A stretch of DNA of 64,000 nt. It comes from a bacterium (GTDB taxonomy: Bacteria > JADJOY01). The stretch is taken from positions 1 to 64,000 of the forward strand of contig JAXLQJ010000028.1 of assembly GCA_046331705.1 (NCBI GenBank), read 5' to 3'. Positions 62,989 to 64,000 of the stretch are shown here, piece by piece (positions within the stretch are counted from its first letter, which is position 1; each line of letters opens with the position of its first letter). Under the pieces are notes generated by a model. The model had not been told where the DNA came from and did not search any database. It saw only the letters and a program-made list of their open reading frames with translations. Both the position numbers and the translations under genes were made by a program.

Positions 62989-64000
62989 GATCGGGACCGT
63001 CCGTTCCGCCAGCGTCGTCACCGGCAACGGTGGCGCGCCGTCGCCGAGCGCGAGGCGAGCGAAGTGCCGGTTGATCCCGCGGTGCAGGAGCCGGCCGTGG
63101 AGCTCGAACGGCGGCTGCGCGTCGGCGGGGACCGACACCGGCAAGCGCCGCTCGATCCGTCCTCCCGGTGGCACCGTCAGGTCCTCGAGATGACCGGCGG
63201 CGGAGAGGATGTCGTGATCCAGGATCGCGCGCCCTTCCCCGTCGCGAAACACGCGCCGCAAGGCCAGCGAATCCGCCGCGCGCTCGCCCTCGGGCCCGTC
63301 GAAGCCCGAGCGCCAGATCGAGCGGTTCGCGCCATCGCGCACCTCGAGCTCGACCCACGCGTCGTTGAGGTCGAGCGCCCCCGACGGAAATCCGTGACCG
63401 ACGCCGCGACTGCGGATCACCACGTCGAGCTGCAGGCCGGGCGTCGACCCCGGCGCCGTCGCGGGCTCGATTCGGCCGGCGAGCGCCAGCTCGAGGTCGG
63501 CGCTCTTCAGGAACCCGACCAGCGCATCGAGCTGCAGCGCGTCGTTCGCGACCGCGGCGAGGTGCGTGTTCCCGCCGAGGAACCGGTGGCTCGCCTCACG
63601 CGGACCCGGCCGATCCGGGTCCTCCACCTTGGGCATGTGGCACGAGACACAGGGGCGCCGGGTGGCACCGGGCTGGGTGGGCTGGCCGGGCTGGTCGCCG
63701 AACGGACCGCGTCGCCACTCGCCGTACGTGTCCTGCTCGAGCAAGGCGAGCCCATCCGGGCCGTGCAGCTCGAGCGAATGGCATTCGCCGCACAGCGCCG
63801 GATCCGCGTAGCGAGACTCGCCGAGCATGTCCGCCATGTGATCGGGCCGCATGGCGTGGGCGCTGTAGCCCTCCATGGGCGGGCCGACGAAGAAACGCGG
63901 CGGGTCGAAGCGATAGCTGCCGCTGCCGACGTGATCGGGGGTGATCTGCAGGCGATGGCAGGCCAGGCACGAGACACCCTCCTGATCGGCGCTCGGGCCG
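62920..64000 (-). CDS. Multiheme c-type cytochrome of the same family, 5' part beyond the window end
   Basis: Frame is open to the window end (GVSCLACHRL near 63950-63978), then CGECH, TYGEW, CVSCHMP, SHRFLGGN, GHGFPSG...WVELEV. Confidence 0.8.
   Translation of the reverse strand, partial: GPSADQEGVSCLACHRLQITPDHVGSGSYRFDPPRFFVGPPMEGYSAHAMRPDHMADMLGESRYADPALCGECHSLELHGPDGLALLEQDTYGEWRRGPFGDQPGQPTQPGATRRPCVSCHMPKVEDPDRPGPREASHRFLGGNTHLAAVANDALQLDALVGFLKSADLELALAGRIEPATAPGSTPGLQLDVVIRSRGVGHGFPSGALDLNDAWVELEVRDGANRSIWRSGFDGPEGERAADSLALRRVFRDGEGRAILDHDILSAAGHLEDLTVPPGGRIERRLPVSVPADAQPPFELHGRLLHRGINRHFARLALGDGAPPLPVTTLAERTVPISAGGDGSAARIDEAAVAVERPL

Noticed and set aside
18698-64000. Calling the cytochromes NrfA, HAO or octaheme reductases
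   Set aside because: No CxxCK motif, five rather than eight hemes, and a different domain layout.
1-64000. Mobile elements, prophage, tRNA/rRNA, CRISPR arrays
   Set aside because: No transposase, integrase or phage motifs, structured RNA signatures or regularly spaced repeats were seen by eye; a covariance-model scan would be needed to exclude small RNAs.

Overview
Very GC-rich bacterial DNA, densely coded, with about 42 credible genes. I see no rRNA, tRNA, CRISPR array or transposase. DUF2330, CSLREA/FG-GAP surface proteins and Cys-TM-Arg C-terminal tails suggest a Myxococcota/deltaproteobacteria-like lineage (inference). After a DctP-type solute-binding gene and a haloalkane dehalogenase, most of the window is one large envelope/redox locus built from two expanded paralog families. 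The first is seven related multiheme c-type cytochromes (five c-heme motifs each where complete). Five of them are fused to an N-terminal His-containing, cytochrome-b-like membrane domain and start with a non-canonical CX4CH/CX5CH motif. The second is nine membrane-anchored beta-propeller proteins, plus LVIVD and FG-GAP proteins, that repeatedly sit next to the cytochromes and are often translationally coupled to them. These genes are interleaved with tailoring enzymes: UbiA prenyltransferase, three radical SAM enzymes with Cys-rich C-termini, a B12-radical SAM enzyme, GT2, two AsnB amidotransferases, a membrane SGNH protein, a spermidine-synthase-like membrane protein, a DegT aminotransferase and a Gfo/Idh/MocA oxidoreductase. 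A block of about 12 kb (40.4-52.9 kb) of secreted/surface proteins, four with MYXO-CTERM-like tails, splits the locus. All family calls come from reading motifs by eye; no database search was run.
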